Made by a program: the position numbers and the translations under genes. Positions 1-11,001 of a DNA stretch of 24,606 nt are shown piece after piece. The notes under the pieces are model-generated. The model was not told the origin of the DNA. It was given only the letters and a program-made list of their open reading frames with translations, and ran no database searches. Source of the DNA: Histomonas meleagridis 2922-C6/04-290x (taxonomy: Eukaryota; Protista; Parabasalia). Location: NCBI GenBank assembly GCA_020184695.1, contig JAANOX010000194.1, forward strand, positions 1 through 24,606, written 5' to 3'. Position 1 is the stretch's first letter; each line of letters starts with the position of its first letter.

Positions 1-1
1 A

Positions 2-496
2 ATTAATAAATATGTTGCTGAGCATAAAGAAGAAGTAAAAAGAACTTATTATTTAAAGAAAGAACACACGAAGGAAGATTATGATAAGATTTTAGATGAG
101 ATAGAATATAATATGCATCACATCCCGGAGAAATGGCTAAAGCCTGAAAACGAATTTATAACTGAAGATATGATCAAAGAACAATATAAAAAACAAGCTC
201 AAGAAGAATATCAACTTGTTTTAAATGACATGAAAAAAGCTGAAAACTTCCAGAAATTTTTAATTCAAGAAAGAAAGAAATTAGAAAAATATCCTCGTTG
301 TAATCAAAACGTCATTGACAATTTGACAGAATACATAAACCAAACCGTTAATTATTACCATCAAGATTTAATTAACGAGTATTTCGAATTGTTCGTAAAT
401 ACAGTCCAAAACACCTGTCCGAAGGACAAAGATCATCCCAACACAATTGCAAGCGTTTATATAAACAAGAATGGAAAGCGAGCGATGCAAATTTAA
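2..496 (+). CDS. 5'-truncated hypothetical protein, virus/Maverick(Polinton)-like accessory ORF
   Basis: Frame is open from base 2 (INKYVAEHKEEVKRTYYLKKEH...) through 113..496. No recognisable domain. The Maverick-like call is inference from the lysine-rich composition and the adjacent subterminal repeats. It may join the next ORF through a frameshift near 470-490. Confidence 0.45.
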   Translation: MNKYVAEHKEEVKRTYYLKKEHTKEDYDKILDEIEYNMHHIPEKWLKPENEFITEDMIKEQYKKQAQEEYQLVLNDMKKAENFQKFLIQERKKLEKYPRCNQNVIDNLTEYINQTVNYYHQDLINEYFELFVNTVQNTCPKDKDHPNTIASVYINKNGKRAMQI

Positions 497-519
497 AAAA
501 TAATAAAACTTCTGAATTT

Positions 520-1094
520 ATGCTAATTGAAACAGTACTGAAAAATAAATTCAATAGATTAATTGATATTATGTATATGTTTATATCAAATTACATCAAA
601 AAACAAATAGACATTATTCCTGACGCTCATGAAATGTCGAATTCAAAATTAGTAAAAACATATGCTGAAACTTTAATGTTTCGTTTAAATGAATCACTCA
701 CAGAAAATCTTCCTGAACTTTTGAACGAAGAATTTAAGGAAAGAGTTAATTATCTCAAAGAAGATTTAATAGCAACTAAATCATTTGCCGGAGCATTAAA
801 TTATGAAGATAAACAAAAAAACCAACGGATCCATTAGTTGAAGAGGTTGAGGAAGATATAGATAATAATTCAGTAATTGTAATTCAAGATTCAAAACCAA
901 CGTTTGAGAATTTCTTAAAAACTCTTCCGGAAAATAAAATTGAAGTAAAAGAATTATGCTCAATGTATAATAATTATTTTAACACTAACGTTTCAACAAT
1001 AGGATTTGGAAAATTGAAAAATGTAAAAGATAATTTAAAAAAAATTATTACTGTATCAAGAAATAAGAAAACTACATATTATCAGAAGATTTAA
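520..1094 (+). pseudogene. Hypothetical protein split by a single-base shift at the A7 run (815-821); about 191 aa if restored
   Basis: ORF 520..837 stops at TAG. Adding one A to the A7 run gives KQKKPTDPLVEEVEEDIDNNSVIVIQDSKPTFENFLKTLPENKIEVKELCSMYNNYFNTNVSTIGFGKLKNVKDNLKKIITVSRNKKTTYYQKI* ending at 1094. Confidence 0.55.
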
Positions 1095-1125
1095 GGCTTT
1101 TATTAAAGTTTATTTTTGTCATTTA

Positions 1126-1525
1126 CTCCCGTAAACTCACGATTTTCACGTCATTTCACAAGATTTGAGAAACTCACATAACAATATTAAATTTCCTTTA
1201 GCTAATCGCAATATTACCTGGTAACTACCTGGTATATCAAGTTATCAGGTAGCATAGAATTAACATCAAAATACTAAAAATCCACATAGGATTAACATCA
1301 AAACACAACATTCGACATAGAATTTACAACTCATCCGTTATAGTTAGCAGCTCCCGTAAACTCACGATTTTCACGTCATTTCACAAGATTTGAGAAACTC
1401 ACATAACAATATTAAATTTCCTTTAGCTAATCGCAATATTACCTGGTAACTACCTGGTATATCAAGTTATCAGGTAGCATAGGATTAACAACAAAACACT
1501 AAAATCCACATAGGATTAACAACAA
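1126..1525. repeat. Tandem direct repeat, period 225 bp (one full and one partial copy), with internal sub-repeats
   Basis: CTCCCGTAAACTCACGATTTTCACGTCATTTCACAAG... starts at 1126 and again at 1351, identical for over 130 bp. Internal TACCTGGTA x2 and CATAGRATTAACAWCAA sub-repeats. Confidence 0.95.
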
Positions 1526-1655
1526 CTCAGCCGGATTAATGCCTCACACATTTAAAAAATAAATGTCATCATGAATTTAAATATATTTAATTACTTTCAA
1601 TCAAAACCAACCGATTTATGAAAATCAATCGCGTTTACACCGTTCATCCTTTAGT

Positions 1656-1720
1656 TTATGTAGCGCGAGTGGGAGCGAGTGCGTAGCACGAAGCTCACAT
1701 AGCGCTGTGGTGTGTGTGTG
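1656..1720. mobile_element. GC-rich hairpin followed by a (GT)n tract; probable element terminus
   Basis: AGCGC(1662-1666)...GTGC-GTA-GCAC(1679-1689)...GCGCT(1702-1706), then GT repeats to 1720. A related inverted copy lies at 24542-24606. Confidence 0.55.
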
Positions 1721-1905
1721 AAAACTTACACAAACAAATGTAAAAATATGAGTTTCTTCTCATTTTACATATTTTAGTAAAATGCATCATGAAAATTATA
1801 TATGTGTTGATAATTCATAAAAAAAATTACAAGATTTTGTGTCATTTTTTGATATTGTTTGATCAAAACTATTGAATTACATAAAAAATTATTAGTTTCA
1901 TGTTT

Positions 1906-3940
1906 TTATTTTATTCGTGAATTTTTAGATAATCTTTTCATTTTAGGCCTTCCCTTCTTCCTTCCTATTTTCTCTTTAACTTCTCCATATTGTGTTTTTT
2001 GTTTATACTTATCATATATTTTATTTAGATCCTTTTCAACTTCATTAAAAACATTTAAATTTTGTGATCCTATTGATGATATTTCTTTGAATATACTCAT
2101 TAGTTTCTGATAAGAATTTATTGAATTTATTTTTGGCATTTTTTCTGAAGATTTGTCATTCCATCCAAACGAAAAACCAAATTCATCAATAAATTCAATT
2201 GAATCACTAGAATCCTCTTCTTCCTCTTCTTGTTCCTTTGAAACAAATTCTTGATCATCTTCTTCTTCGTATAAATAATCAGAAAATTTATCTATTTCAT
2301 ATTCTTCTGTTCTTTCTGGATATTCTGGATAATGTTCGTCTTCAGGCATTTCGAGTGTTCCTAAGTGTTCTATATATTCAGGGTTTTCTTCAGTTTCATG
2401 TGATGCTATTTCTATTTCACTTAAATTTTCTATTTATCTTGAATTTATCAAATGAATAGGAAATGCATTACCTGTTATTTTGAATAAAGCTATTAAATGA
2501 CAACAAGGTAATCCAGCATGTGCAGGATAATGGCATTCACAATCAAGAAAATTTAAATTAAATTCATTATTATTGTTATCAATAGCAATATAGTAATCAT
2601 TATTTATGCGTTTGATATTAATTTGTAATGAATTCTGAATTTCAGCATCTATAATTGAACATAATTTTTTAAATATATCAGGTTTATAAACATCTATAAA
2701 TGGATGATGAAAAGTAAAAGCGTTTTTTCGAATATTTTCTTCAAGATTTTTTTTTTGATAAAATTTGATAGATATGTGATCACGGATTTCATAGAGATGC
2801 TTTAGAGAATTTGTCAAATTTCTCTTAATCATACTATTATATGTTTCACCAAGTTGTGAAGAAGTATGATTAAAATGAAATACATTCGGTCTTAATGAAA
2901 CCAAAAGTTTTGATCTAATTGGATATATATTGGTGTCAAAATAGTGAATAATTTCAGGGAATTCCTTGTAAATATTATTTAAGGCTTCATTTGATTGAGC
3001 GAATATACGTGAATAAAAAAAAAATATTAAGTAACATTAAAAATCGTTCTCTATTTGGATGATTTTTCGATATCAAATTCTGGACTGTGGCAATTTTGTG
3101 TTTCAAGCATAAAAGATGACATAAATTCGGATATTCATCCATTGCTGAACAAATACCAGGATCTTCATCACTTATTATGCATTTTAAGTTGGGTGCGATT
3201 GATAATATAATAGAAATCAACCAAAAATAAAATTCAAAATTCTCCGATGGAGAAAAAGCAACTCCGCCTGAAATTAATTCCATATTATTTCCCTGGAGTG
3301 AAATTGGTATTATTGTCCAATCAAGAAAATTGGGAATTGATGTACCATCGACGACGAAAAAATCACAATATTTGATTAAATTCTCTTTCTCTTCGTGTGT
3401 AACAGTATAAATACCTGCAATTAATCCATTTTTATCTTCAAATATATAACAATCACCTTTTTCATACATGTATTGAGAAATCATTTCTGTTTCTGACTCA
3501 TTTGTTTTTTCACTTTCAGATGAGAATTTTTTTATTTCTTCTCTTGTGATTGAAATTGAATATTTTTGCTTAATATAATAAATTATATGAAAATTTGAAA
3601 TACCAATTTTCTTCATTGTTGCAATCTCTTTTTGCACTGAGTTGTCTATTTGTTTTGGATTTTGAATCTCATGTAAATGTTTAAAATTAGAATTTTTTGA
3701 TATAATATATATTCCTCTGTTATTTTTGTTGAAAGTTAAATGAAAATCACACCCTGTTTTTTTCGAATTTTGTACATTTTTATGAGATTGATGCATAGTA
3801 CAATAAAATCGTAATCTATCCGAATGTTTTGAATCTTTTAAATAGATATCAGATCCATTCTTATTTGCTAGTTCTTTAAGATAACAATTGAGATCTGACC
3901 CATTAGAAAAAGATAATTCGCTAAGTTGATCAAAGTTCAT
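1906..3940 (-). pseudogene. Mutator-like (MULE) DDE transposase with FAR1-like N-terminus and SWIM zinc finger; one frameshift and one in-frame stop (about 677 aa restored)
   Basis: Motifs VVDGT (D1), IISDEDPG (D2), LCLKH (CxxH), TSSQLGETYNSMIK (E) and CECHYPAHAGLPCCH (SWIM). Removing one T from the T10 run (plus strand A10 at 3015-3024) joins ORF 2987..3940 to ORF 2434..2904 (NIFFYSRIFAQSNEALNNIYKEFPEIIHYFDTNIYPIRSKLLVSLRPNV). ORF 1906..2349 is in frame after the TAA at 2434-2436. Confidence 0.9.
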
Positions 3941-4140
3941 TCTTCACAGAAAGTCCGACCAGGGAGCCGTTAATTATTAATTCCAAATCTAAATATGAAT
4001 TCAAGAAATAATTTAATGAAAAATAATGGAAAATTAATATCTTAATTCATATTTGAATCTTATATTTTATTTAAAATAGATATTTTTATAATATAGTATG
4101 AGTAAAATCATAAAAAAATGCAATTAAAAACATCATGAAT

Positions 4141-4220
4141 TTTCACAGTGTGTGTTAAAAAATTGAACACCTGGGGACATGCCCCCGGGGACAGTCCCCG
4201 GGGTACATCTGATTAAACCC
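4141..4220 (-). mobile_element. Probable 5' terminus of the MULE, with a GC-rich palindrome
   Basis: CCCCGGGGAC-A-GTCCCCGGGG (4183-4203) has perfect 10-bp arms in AT-rich DNA, about 250 bp upstream of the transposase ATG. The block ends GATTAAACCC. No matching inverted copy was found at the other side of the transposase. Confidence 0.5.
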
Positions 4221-4519
4221 AAAACAAATAGTAATGAAAATCTTGAGCAATTTTTGAATCAAGATACTTCGGAAGCAAATATTAAAAAATTAAAAAATCA
4301 ATCTAATACAAGCTTGCAATTTGATAATATATGGAATAGAGAGTACATTGAATTTAATGCTTCATTTAGTGATAATAAACGTAGATTTATTGGTTTAAAC
4401 AATGATTTTTTGATTAACCCACTGTGTTATTTAATTTACCAACAGATGTTAATACTTTTAATATAACATTTATGGATAGCAATAAAAAATATATATATCC
4501 TAGATATCTAGGATTGTAA
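4221..4519 (+). pseudogene. 3' fragment of an unidentified gene abutting the MULE end
   Basis: Coding-like KTNSNENLEQFLNQDTSEANIKKLK...FIGLNNDFLINPL, continuing after a shift as NLPTDVNTFNITFMDSNKKYIYPRYLGL* (TAA 4517-4519). No domain recognised. Confidence 0.3.
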
Positions 4520-4639
4520 ATTTATCATACAATTGGTATTTATATATATTTATCGAAATGTAATTACATTAAAATAAATAATTATATAAAAATGTATATT
4601 TCAAAAGTACGATGTTTTATGTTATTTTTATAGTGATTT

Positions 4640-4860
4640 TAGAGCGGACGTGATCCCGTCCATGGACGGGATGAAAGTAAGGTTTTTGACCAAAATGGTC
4701 ATTTTTTGACTTTTTTTGGGTTCTATTTTTTTCACGATGATTTCGTCTGAATTTATCGTGCTGATGCATATTTTTAGAATAGAATCCATAAAGTAATATG
4801 CTTTTTTGAGCTCCTAAAAACAACCTCGTGTTTTAGAACTTAAATTTTAGAACGTGTAAA
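4640..4860. mobile_element. Orphan transposon-terminus-like block with a perfect 20-bp palindrome
   Basis: TAGAGCGGACGTG start, ATCCCGTCCATGGACGGGAT palindrome (4653-4672), TGACC-AAAAT-GGTCA inverted repeat (4687-4701) and repeated TTTTAGAA motifs. No partner end in the window. Confidence 0.35.
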
Positions 4861-4927
4861 AATATACTTCCCAATTTTCTGGTTTGATTTTTATGAATTA
4901 CATTTTTCTTTCTTGTATCAAAATAAG

Positions 4928-5182
4928 ATGAGCCAAGAATTTGAAATTATCGATGACGGACTTAATGAAATTATTATAGATGATAGTGATGATATTCTGA
5001 AATCCTGTTTTATAACGAATAAAAATATGAATAAAATAAAATATGGTATAAAGTTTGGTTATTCAAATCATTGGACACCAAATGAAATATCATTTGAAGA
5101 TATTAATAATTATGATTTTACAAAAGGTTTTGTAGCAATAAAATGTTTAAACAAAAATCAATTTTTAAAATGCGTAATGTGA
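4928..5182 (+). CDS. Small hypothetical protein (84 aa) or 3' gene fragment
   Basis: First ATG at 4928 (MSQEFEIIDDGLNEIIIDDSDD...), convergent with RasGEF. No domain recognised. Confidence 0.3.
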   Translation: MSQEFEIIDDGLNEIIIDDSDDILKSCFITNKNMNKIKYGIKFGYSNHWTPNEISFEDINNYDFTKGFVAIKCLNKNQFLKCVM

Positions 5183-5218
5183 TATATATTTTTTAAAAAA
5201 TCACTTTTGAAATCCTTT

Positions 5219-6994
5219 TTACGTTTTCGAGAGTTTCTCTAAAATCTCTGTTTCAGACAACGTTGCACCTCTTTCGATTACTTTTTTAATTTGTGACACT
5301 GTATAAAAATTGTATGGTTGATTTTGAAAACGATACAAAACCGCCAGCTTTTCAGCAAACGGTCGCCTTTTTTTGAGGTTTATTAAACCGTTGATGTAAG
5401 ATGGGGATGAATCAGGTTTGATGGACTTTACCTCGGTTTGCATGTTAGGTATTGTTGGTTCTCGCTTGCCAAACCTGTTTAGGAGGGTAGTGGCATATTC
5501 GTCCTTATTGTTAGCATTAACTCCGGCACAAATATCAAGCTGAAGGATCTTTTCAAATGAATTCGGATCAGATTTGACAAGATAATTCCGAAGTTCTTCG
5601 CGTTCTAAGATCTTAATTATCCACGAAAGAGCATCGTAGTTGCCAAGTGTGTTAAGATCCGAACAAAGAGTAAGAACTTGAGAAATCGCTTTTGATTTGT
5701 CAGTAGCACAAACAATCGCTTCAAGAATTTGTAGTTGGAACTTACGGCCAATCTCGAAAAACTCAGAAAGAGCAGAAGTCTTTTGTGAAATAGCTCGATC
5801 TCCAAGTGCAACAACAAATTCTCGAGAATGAATTTTCTTATAAGCGTCATGAAACACAAGCGTTACTTGACGTGCAACCTCTGTAGGATTAGGCTCTAGG
5901 ATTGTAAGGGATGGCTTGAATAAAATTTGTTGATTATCAATTATTGGTTGAACTGTCGGTTTTCCTATAGTTTTTAGTATCGACCCCGACTTGGCTGTTG
6001 GGATAGCATCAAGAAGTGCCTTGGCAAGTGCAACAATTGAGTCCGACTGCCTTTCCGAGATGATTTTCCGGAGGAACTCATCAATCGCCTTTAACGTTCT
6101 CCGGCTGATGAATAAACCATGGAAATTGATCCAGCTCCTGATGACGTTGATAACCTGGATTTGGTTGAATTCATGACCTTTCATCAGTTTCGCACGGTCT
6201 TCTTCAGACATTTGACATTTGTCAGCATTATAGACAGCCGCGAGATGTTGGAAAAAGTGATATGTACTTGTAAATGAGTTAATGATAAGAAATATCTTAT
6301 TGAGTTCGTCACCTGTAACTTTGTAAATAATGATGGAAACTACTATACGGCGAAGTGATGCAGCTTTTATACTTTGAAATGATTTTTCTGAACCTTCATA
6401 AATGACACCAAAATCAGGATTGATTATTTCTTTGTATATATCACGGTAACTTTCGACATATGGAGAAGAATAGAAGTCTTCATCAAGAATTTCATTTGTA
6501 AATGAATGATGTGATTCTTTTATAGGACCCCAAGGATCTTCTCTTGGTAAAACTCCTGAAGATAATAGAAGCAAGAGATCTGTTTTATCCCATGGTTGTT
6601 CAATATTTTGAAATTGTAATCCTGTTTCTTTTTCTAATGATTTTGCAGTTTGATGCATACCAATTGCAGTAAGGTGTTGATAAATAAGTTCAAGAGTAGA
6701 GTATCTGTTAATGTGTGCCGATGTAGTTTGAGAATCAGAATGAACAACATTTGCAAAAGAATAGCCTCCAGTCCAAGGAAGGAGCCTTTCTCTTAGGGGA
6801 AGAAATTGTGGGTTTTCTTTTAGAACTTCTTCAAGCCAAATTCCCCATTGTCTTGCTTGTTCTTCGGTAACATTTTCTGTTTCTGCTTTCTTTGCTGTAT
6901 GATTTTGTTCAACCTCAGGATTAACCGGTAAAGGGCTTGGACTTGAAGCCGATTGAAGGCTTGGGGATTTTGAAGTTGAAGAAGCAGATGACAT
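5219..6994 (-). CDS. RasGEF (REM + CDC25) family guanine nucleotide exchange factor with LisH-like N-terminal segment
   Basis: 591-aa intact ORF. REM-like AASLRRIV and QVINVIRSWINFH; CDC25-like NPTEVARQVTLVFHDAYKKIHSREFV, LGNYDAL and PTIPNMQTEV; LisH-like LELIYQHLTAIGMHQTAKSLEKETG. Confidence 0.88.
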   Translation of the reverse strand: MSSASSTSKSPSLQSASSPSPLPVNPEVEQNHTAKKAETENVTEEQARQWGIWLEEVLKENPQFLPLRERLLPWTGGYSFANVVHSDSQTTSAHINRYSTLELIYQHLTAIGMHQTAKSLEKETGLQFQNIEQPWDKTDLLLLLSSGVLPREDPWGPIKESHHSFTNEILDEDFYSSPYVESYRDIYKEIINPDFGVIYEGSEKSFQSIKAASLRRIVVSIIIYKVTGDELNKIFLIINSFTSTYHFFQHLAAVYNADKCQMSEEDRAKLMKGHEFNQIQVINVIRSWINFHGLFISRRTLKAIDEFLRKIISERQSDSIVALAKALLDAIPTAKSGSILKTIGKPTVQPIIDNQQILFKPSLTILEPNPTEVARQVTLVFHDAYKKIHSREFVVALGDRAISQKTSALSEFFEIGRKFQLQILEAIVCATDKSKAISQVLTLCSDLNTLGNYDALSWIIKILEREELRNYLVKSDPNSFEKILQLDICAGVNANNKDEYATTLLNRFGKREPTIPNMQTEVKSIKPDSSPSYINGLINLKKRRPFAEKLAVLYRFQNQPYNFYTVSQIKKVIERGATLSETEILEKLSKT

Positions 6995-7138
6995 TTTTCA
7001 GATTCTGTTTTGGAAAAGAAGCAGCTTAAATAAACCATACAAAAAATACGATATCGTATGATGCACCCCAATTCTCGTTGATAATTTCAATTGATTTTAA
7101 TCGTATGTCACAATTATTTTTTAATTAAACAAAAAAAT

Positions 7139-10100
7139 TTAATTGAAAACATTTATTGAATAACAAGATTTCATTTCGTTTTGTAAACAAACAAAAGTGT
7201 TTCGAGCCATTTCACGTATGTTTTGGTTTTTATGATTTAAAAGAGGGAATAAATAAGGTAATATTGAGAAAATATGCCATTTTGTGAATTTCTCGTTTTC
7301 TCCGATGTGTTTTGGTGACGCATTTGTTTTTTGGATAAACGAAAGTATCAAAATTACAATTTGTTCATCATTAGATGATAGTTTATCATATAGATGATTT
7401 AATATTATTTGGTAACAGTTAGTAAAAAAAGATTCAGAAAAAATTGGCGAATTATATTCGCACAATTGATTCCAACAATTTATTAATAGTTCGGCATCTT
7501 TACTAATTTTAGACACAAATGAAAGTTGGGAATCAATGCTTACTAATGGTAATACTTGAATTAACTCTAAACTAATTTGGGGCCATAATCGAATTGAGAT
7601 ATTGCCAATAAAATCTAATATTTCAAAATATTTTTGAGCATTTTCTTCCGTTATTTGAAAATTATATGATAATACCCCTTGAATAAAAGTTGTTGCTTCT
7701 GTTAATGAGAAAAGTCGTTGACAATGAAATATAAAATCTAGAAAACGGTTTGGCTCAATTTTTGTTTTCAAAACCGTTAATAACTGATCAAAAATAAACG
7801 TTCTCACTAAAGTGCTTAACGTTTTCTCGCAAATGTTAACTAATGAAGATAAAATTGATTGATAAAACTCTTGTTTCATAAATAAAACATCTATACAACT
7901 TTCAATAACCTTATGGGAAGTTATGTGAACGTAGTTTTCCGATGGTAAAGTTAAAACAATTGATTCACATGAACTTAACCATAAATCTAATTGTTTTTGA
8001 GTGAAAAACTCGATTTGTATCGAAAACATAGTTGAATAAAACCTTCCAATTGCTGATATTACCAACGAATTTGAAGGTTCATTTTTCAAAAAATATTCGA
8101 CAGATCTTACGTAAGACGAAATCAAAATATCTCTTAATCTCTCATCAAGTTTCTTACATTTCAAAGCCTCTTCATAAAACTGCTGAGCGTTAACGTTAAT
8201 TTCCTGGTCTTTACAATTCATCAAAAATGTCAATTGTTTTTCGATCAACAATTCCCAAAAATTCCTCACGAATTGAACATTTTTCACGAAGTAATCCCAA
8301 CACGAACAAACGCAATGACATATCTCAAGCAAAATCAAATTTTGTACGTTCCAAGTTTCCGAATTCTCAGTTGTAAAAGTCATCAAATACGGAATGAAAC
8401 AATTTTCGATCAAATGATCATAAATATCATTTGGCGTTTGAGTAATATTTGAAGACAACAACGAGAAGAATGTTCTCACTGCGCAAAGTGATACGTCACA
8501 TCTCAAGTCATTAAAAAACACAAGAATTTCACTAAGAATTCTCTTCCAAAACCTCGAAATCTGGTTAATGAAAGGAGTTATAATCCATAAAAGACCGAAA
8601 GCAGCCAACGATATATTAATGTTGACGTTTTGTAATGCGAATTCGAATATTATTGAAATACATTTTTGCATTTCTTCTTCGCTTAGCTTTTGGAAATGTT
8701 CATTACATATTATATTTAATGACGCAAACGCTATTGATAATACTTCGTTGTCATCATTAAAATTAGTCGACGGAGATATTATAGTTAATAAGTCATCCCA
8801 ACAATGATTAATCTTGTTCGCACTATGTAATAATATCGAACGTATTATGTTCATTAATGGTTTTAACTTTAATGAATTCGTTCGTTTGATTATCGTCAAT
8901 ATGATTTTAATGATTGATTCATCGAAACAATTCGTCACGATTTCATTGATTAAACGAAATATTTCTTTCTCTTTATCATTGTCTTTGTCATTAAGTATTA
9001 ACTCTGGAATTTGTTCTTGGATATGTCCCCAGATTTCAGTAAAACGGAATTTGTTTGTGACTAAAATTTGGCTTAAAAAATTAACGCAAAATGGTGATCC
9101 TGTTAAAAGGATTAAACACATTTTAATAAGTTCTTTAGTTTCGATTTTTAATGTGAATTTCGGATCAATTTTGGAATTAGGATACATTCCAAGTGATAAA
9201 AAGAGTCGTAAATAATAATTGGTGAAGAGTAATGGTGAATTATATAATAATGTAAGTAATAATTGATACGCGATAGCTCTTTTCTTCTTAAATCCATATC
9301 CTATTATATTATCATGTAAAATTTCATTGGATAATGTTTCAAGAGAATGAGGAGTTTTACGATATAATTTTTGTTTGGCAACAAAACTACATAATACACA
9401 TATCATTATTGAGATACAACATTTATCTTCAATGACCTCTAAAAAAGTCTTATAAATACAAAAGATATGTTCGGAATAATTCGATTTTGTAAGTTTTATT
9501 CCTTTAATTATTAACGAGAGAACGTTAGGCCAGAGAACGTTTATTTTCGATTGAATTTCTTTTGATGTGTTTTCATTTGACGTTAATGACGTAACAAATG
9601 AATAAATAAATTCAATTGAAGTGACTTTACAATAATATGGTAAATCATTAATTGAGTCCCATAAATTAGAAAATTCTAATGATATTAAAGGTAAATTTAC
9701 TTCAAATGAATTATCTAAAACATTAAAAATTTTTTGTAATGTGTCTATTTTCATATGAATAAAAAGATTCGGTTGATGTGTATGCGTATATCGAATTAGA
9801 AGATACAACAAAGGATTATTGCTTTTCTGTAATATGGAGACTAAAAATGAATTTCCTACTTTTGGAAGAATTAAAAAATAATTTTCCATAAATGTACAGA
9901 TGTAATTAACATTTTGTGTCGTCAATGGAGGCTTTATAACTGGTCCAATGACTTTTAAAAGTTGGTTATGTTGAATAATAATGTCATTATGTTCACTTAT
10001 AATCATATTAAAGATTTCTGTTGACATTGGAATTGATGGAATTTTTAGAAATTTTGAGGATTTGCCTTCAATGCATAAAACAAGATCGTTCATTAAAAAA

Positions 10101-10672
10101 TATATACATGCTATTGCGCTGTTGGGAAATTTAATATTATCATATGTGAAAATTGATAATTTAAGATTTTCGATAGTAGAAAAAATTGCTGATGTCATTT
10201 GTTGTACTAAATCGAGTAGATCATCAGAGTCTGTTTTATATATACTAAAAACAATTGAATAGAAAAGAGATATTACATTTAAGCATTCAATGTTTTTTGG
10301 TATAAGAATTGGCATTAACTGCATTAAATTATTAACAAAGCTTTTATCTATATTTGAAAGATTTTCAAAATAAGCTTGTAATATTAAAGCAAAAGCATCA
10401 TTATTAAATAAATGTAATGAAACACAATCATTCATCAATTTAATAAGTGTCTGTTTTTCTTTCCCGGCTTTTTTAGATCTTAATATTAAAAGAAATGCAT
10501 TGGGGAATGGATTATCTTTTGAAGAAATTGGAAAAACGAATGTCTTTGTAATTTGAATTTTTACTGCAGATACAATAGAGGATTCATTTAAATATAAGAA
10601 TTTATTGATTTCATTTTGGAGACTTGTGAGAAGTTCCAATTTTTCCATCTCCATTCTCTTGGAGTGCCCCAT
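7139..10672 (-). CDS. MON2: MON2-like ARM/HEAT scaffold protein (endosome-Golgi trafficking)
   Basis: 1177-aa intact helical ORF. FALQNVNINISLAAFGLLWII and DLRCDVSLCAVRTFFSLL resemble conserved MON2 C-terminal blocks (NISLTAIGLLW; D.R.EVR..A.QTLF). Confidence 0.68.
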   Translation of the reverse strand: MGHSKRMEMEKLELLTSLQNEINKFLYLNESSIVSAVKIQITKTFVFPISSKDNPFPNAFLLILRSKKAGKEKQTLIKLMNDCVSLHLFNNDAFALILQAYFENLSNIDKSFVNNLMQLMPILIPKNIECLNVISLFYSIVFSIYKTDSDDLLDLVQQMTSAIFSTIENLKLSIFTYDNIKFPNSAIACIYFLMNDLVLCIEGKSSKFLKIPSIPMSTEIFNMIISEHNDIIIQHNQLLKVIGPVIKPPLTTQNVNYICTFMENYFLILPKVGNSFLVSILQKSNNPLLYLLIRYTHTHQPNLFIHMKIDTLQKIFNVLDNSFEVNLPLISLEFSNLWDSINDLPYYCKVTSIEFIYSFVTSLTSNENTSKEIQSKINVLWPNVLSLIIKGIKLTKSNYSEHIFCIYKTFLEVIEDKCCISIMICVLCSFVAKQKLYRKTPHSLETLSNEILHDNIIGYGFKKKRAIAYQLLLTLLYNSPLLFTNYYLRLFLSLGMYPNSKIDPKFTLKIETKELIKMCLILLTGSPFCVNFLSQILVTNKFRFTEIWGHIQEQIPELILNDKDNDKEKEIFRLINEIVTNCFDESIIKIILTIIKRTNSLKLKPLMNIIRSILLHSANKINHCWDDLLTIISPSTNFNDDNEVLSIAFASLNIICNEHFQKLSEEEMQKCISIIFEFALQNVNINISLAAFGLLWIITPFINQISRFWKRILSEILVFFNDLRCDVSLCAVRTFFSLLSSNITQTPNDIYDHLIENCFIPYLMTFTTENSETWNVQNLILLEICHCVCSCWDYFVKNVQFVRNFWELLIEKQLTFLMNCKDQEINVNAQQFYEEALKCKKLDERLRDILISSYVRSVEYFLKNEPSNSLVISAIGRFYSTMFSIQIEFFTQKQLDLWLSSCESIVLTLPSENYVHITSHKVIESCIDVLFMKQEFYQSILSSLVNICEKTLSTLVRTFIFDQLLTVLKTKIEPNRFLDFIFHCQRLFSLTEATTFIQGVLSYNFQITEENAQKYFEILDFIGNISIRLWPQISLELIQVLPLVSIDSQLSFVSKISKDAELLINCWNQLCEYNSPIFSESFFTNCYQIILNHLYDKLSSNDEQIVILILSFIQKTNASPKHIGENEKFTKWHIFSILPYLFPLLNHKNQNIREMARNTFVCLQNEMKSCYSINVFN

Positions 10673-10987
10673 TCTTTGTTCTTACAATAAATCTTATTAA
10701 GAACACATATTATACAAATTTTTACACAAGAAAAACATCAAATGATAAACATGTTTTTTGTTTTTGATTTTTTGTTCAAAACATATTAATTTATTTAAAT
10801 TACATAAAAATCATTTTTCAAAAACTTTTGGAAAATAAGATTAAACAAAACACTTTTGAAAAAATAAGAAAGAGATATCAAGATTTAAGATATCTTTTAA
10901 AAGGAAGTCAGACAAAGAAGAAAACAAAATCTTGGCAAAAATTGAGTGCAATTTTATCGTTCAAATAATTTTGACACAATTCGGATA

Positions 10988-11001
10988 AACGGTTTTCAAA
11001 A
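10988..11001 (+). promoter_or_regulatory. Parabasalid M3-like core promoter motif (AACGGTTT) followed by TCA just before the ATG
   Basis: AACGGTTT at 10988-10995 matches the Trichomonas motif-3 consensus RRCSGYTD and lies 6 nt before the CSN5 ATG. Confidence 0.5.
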
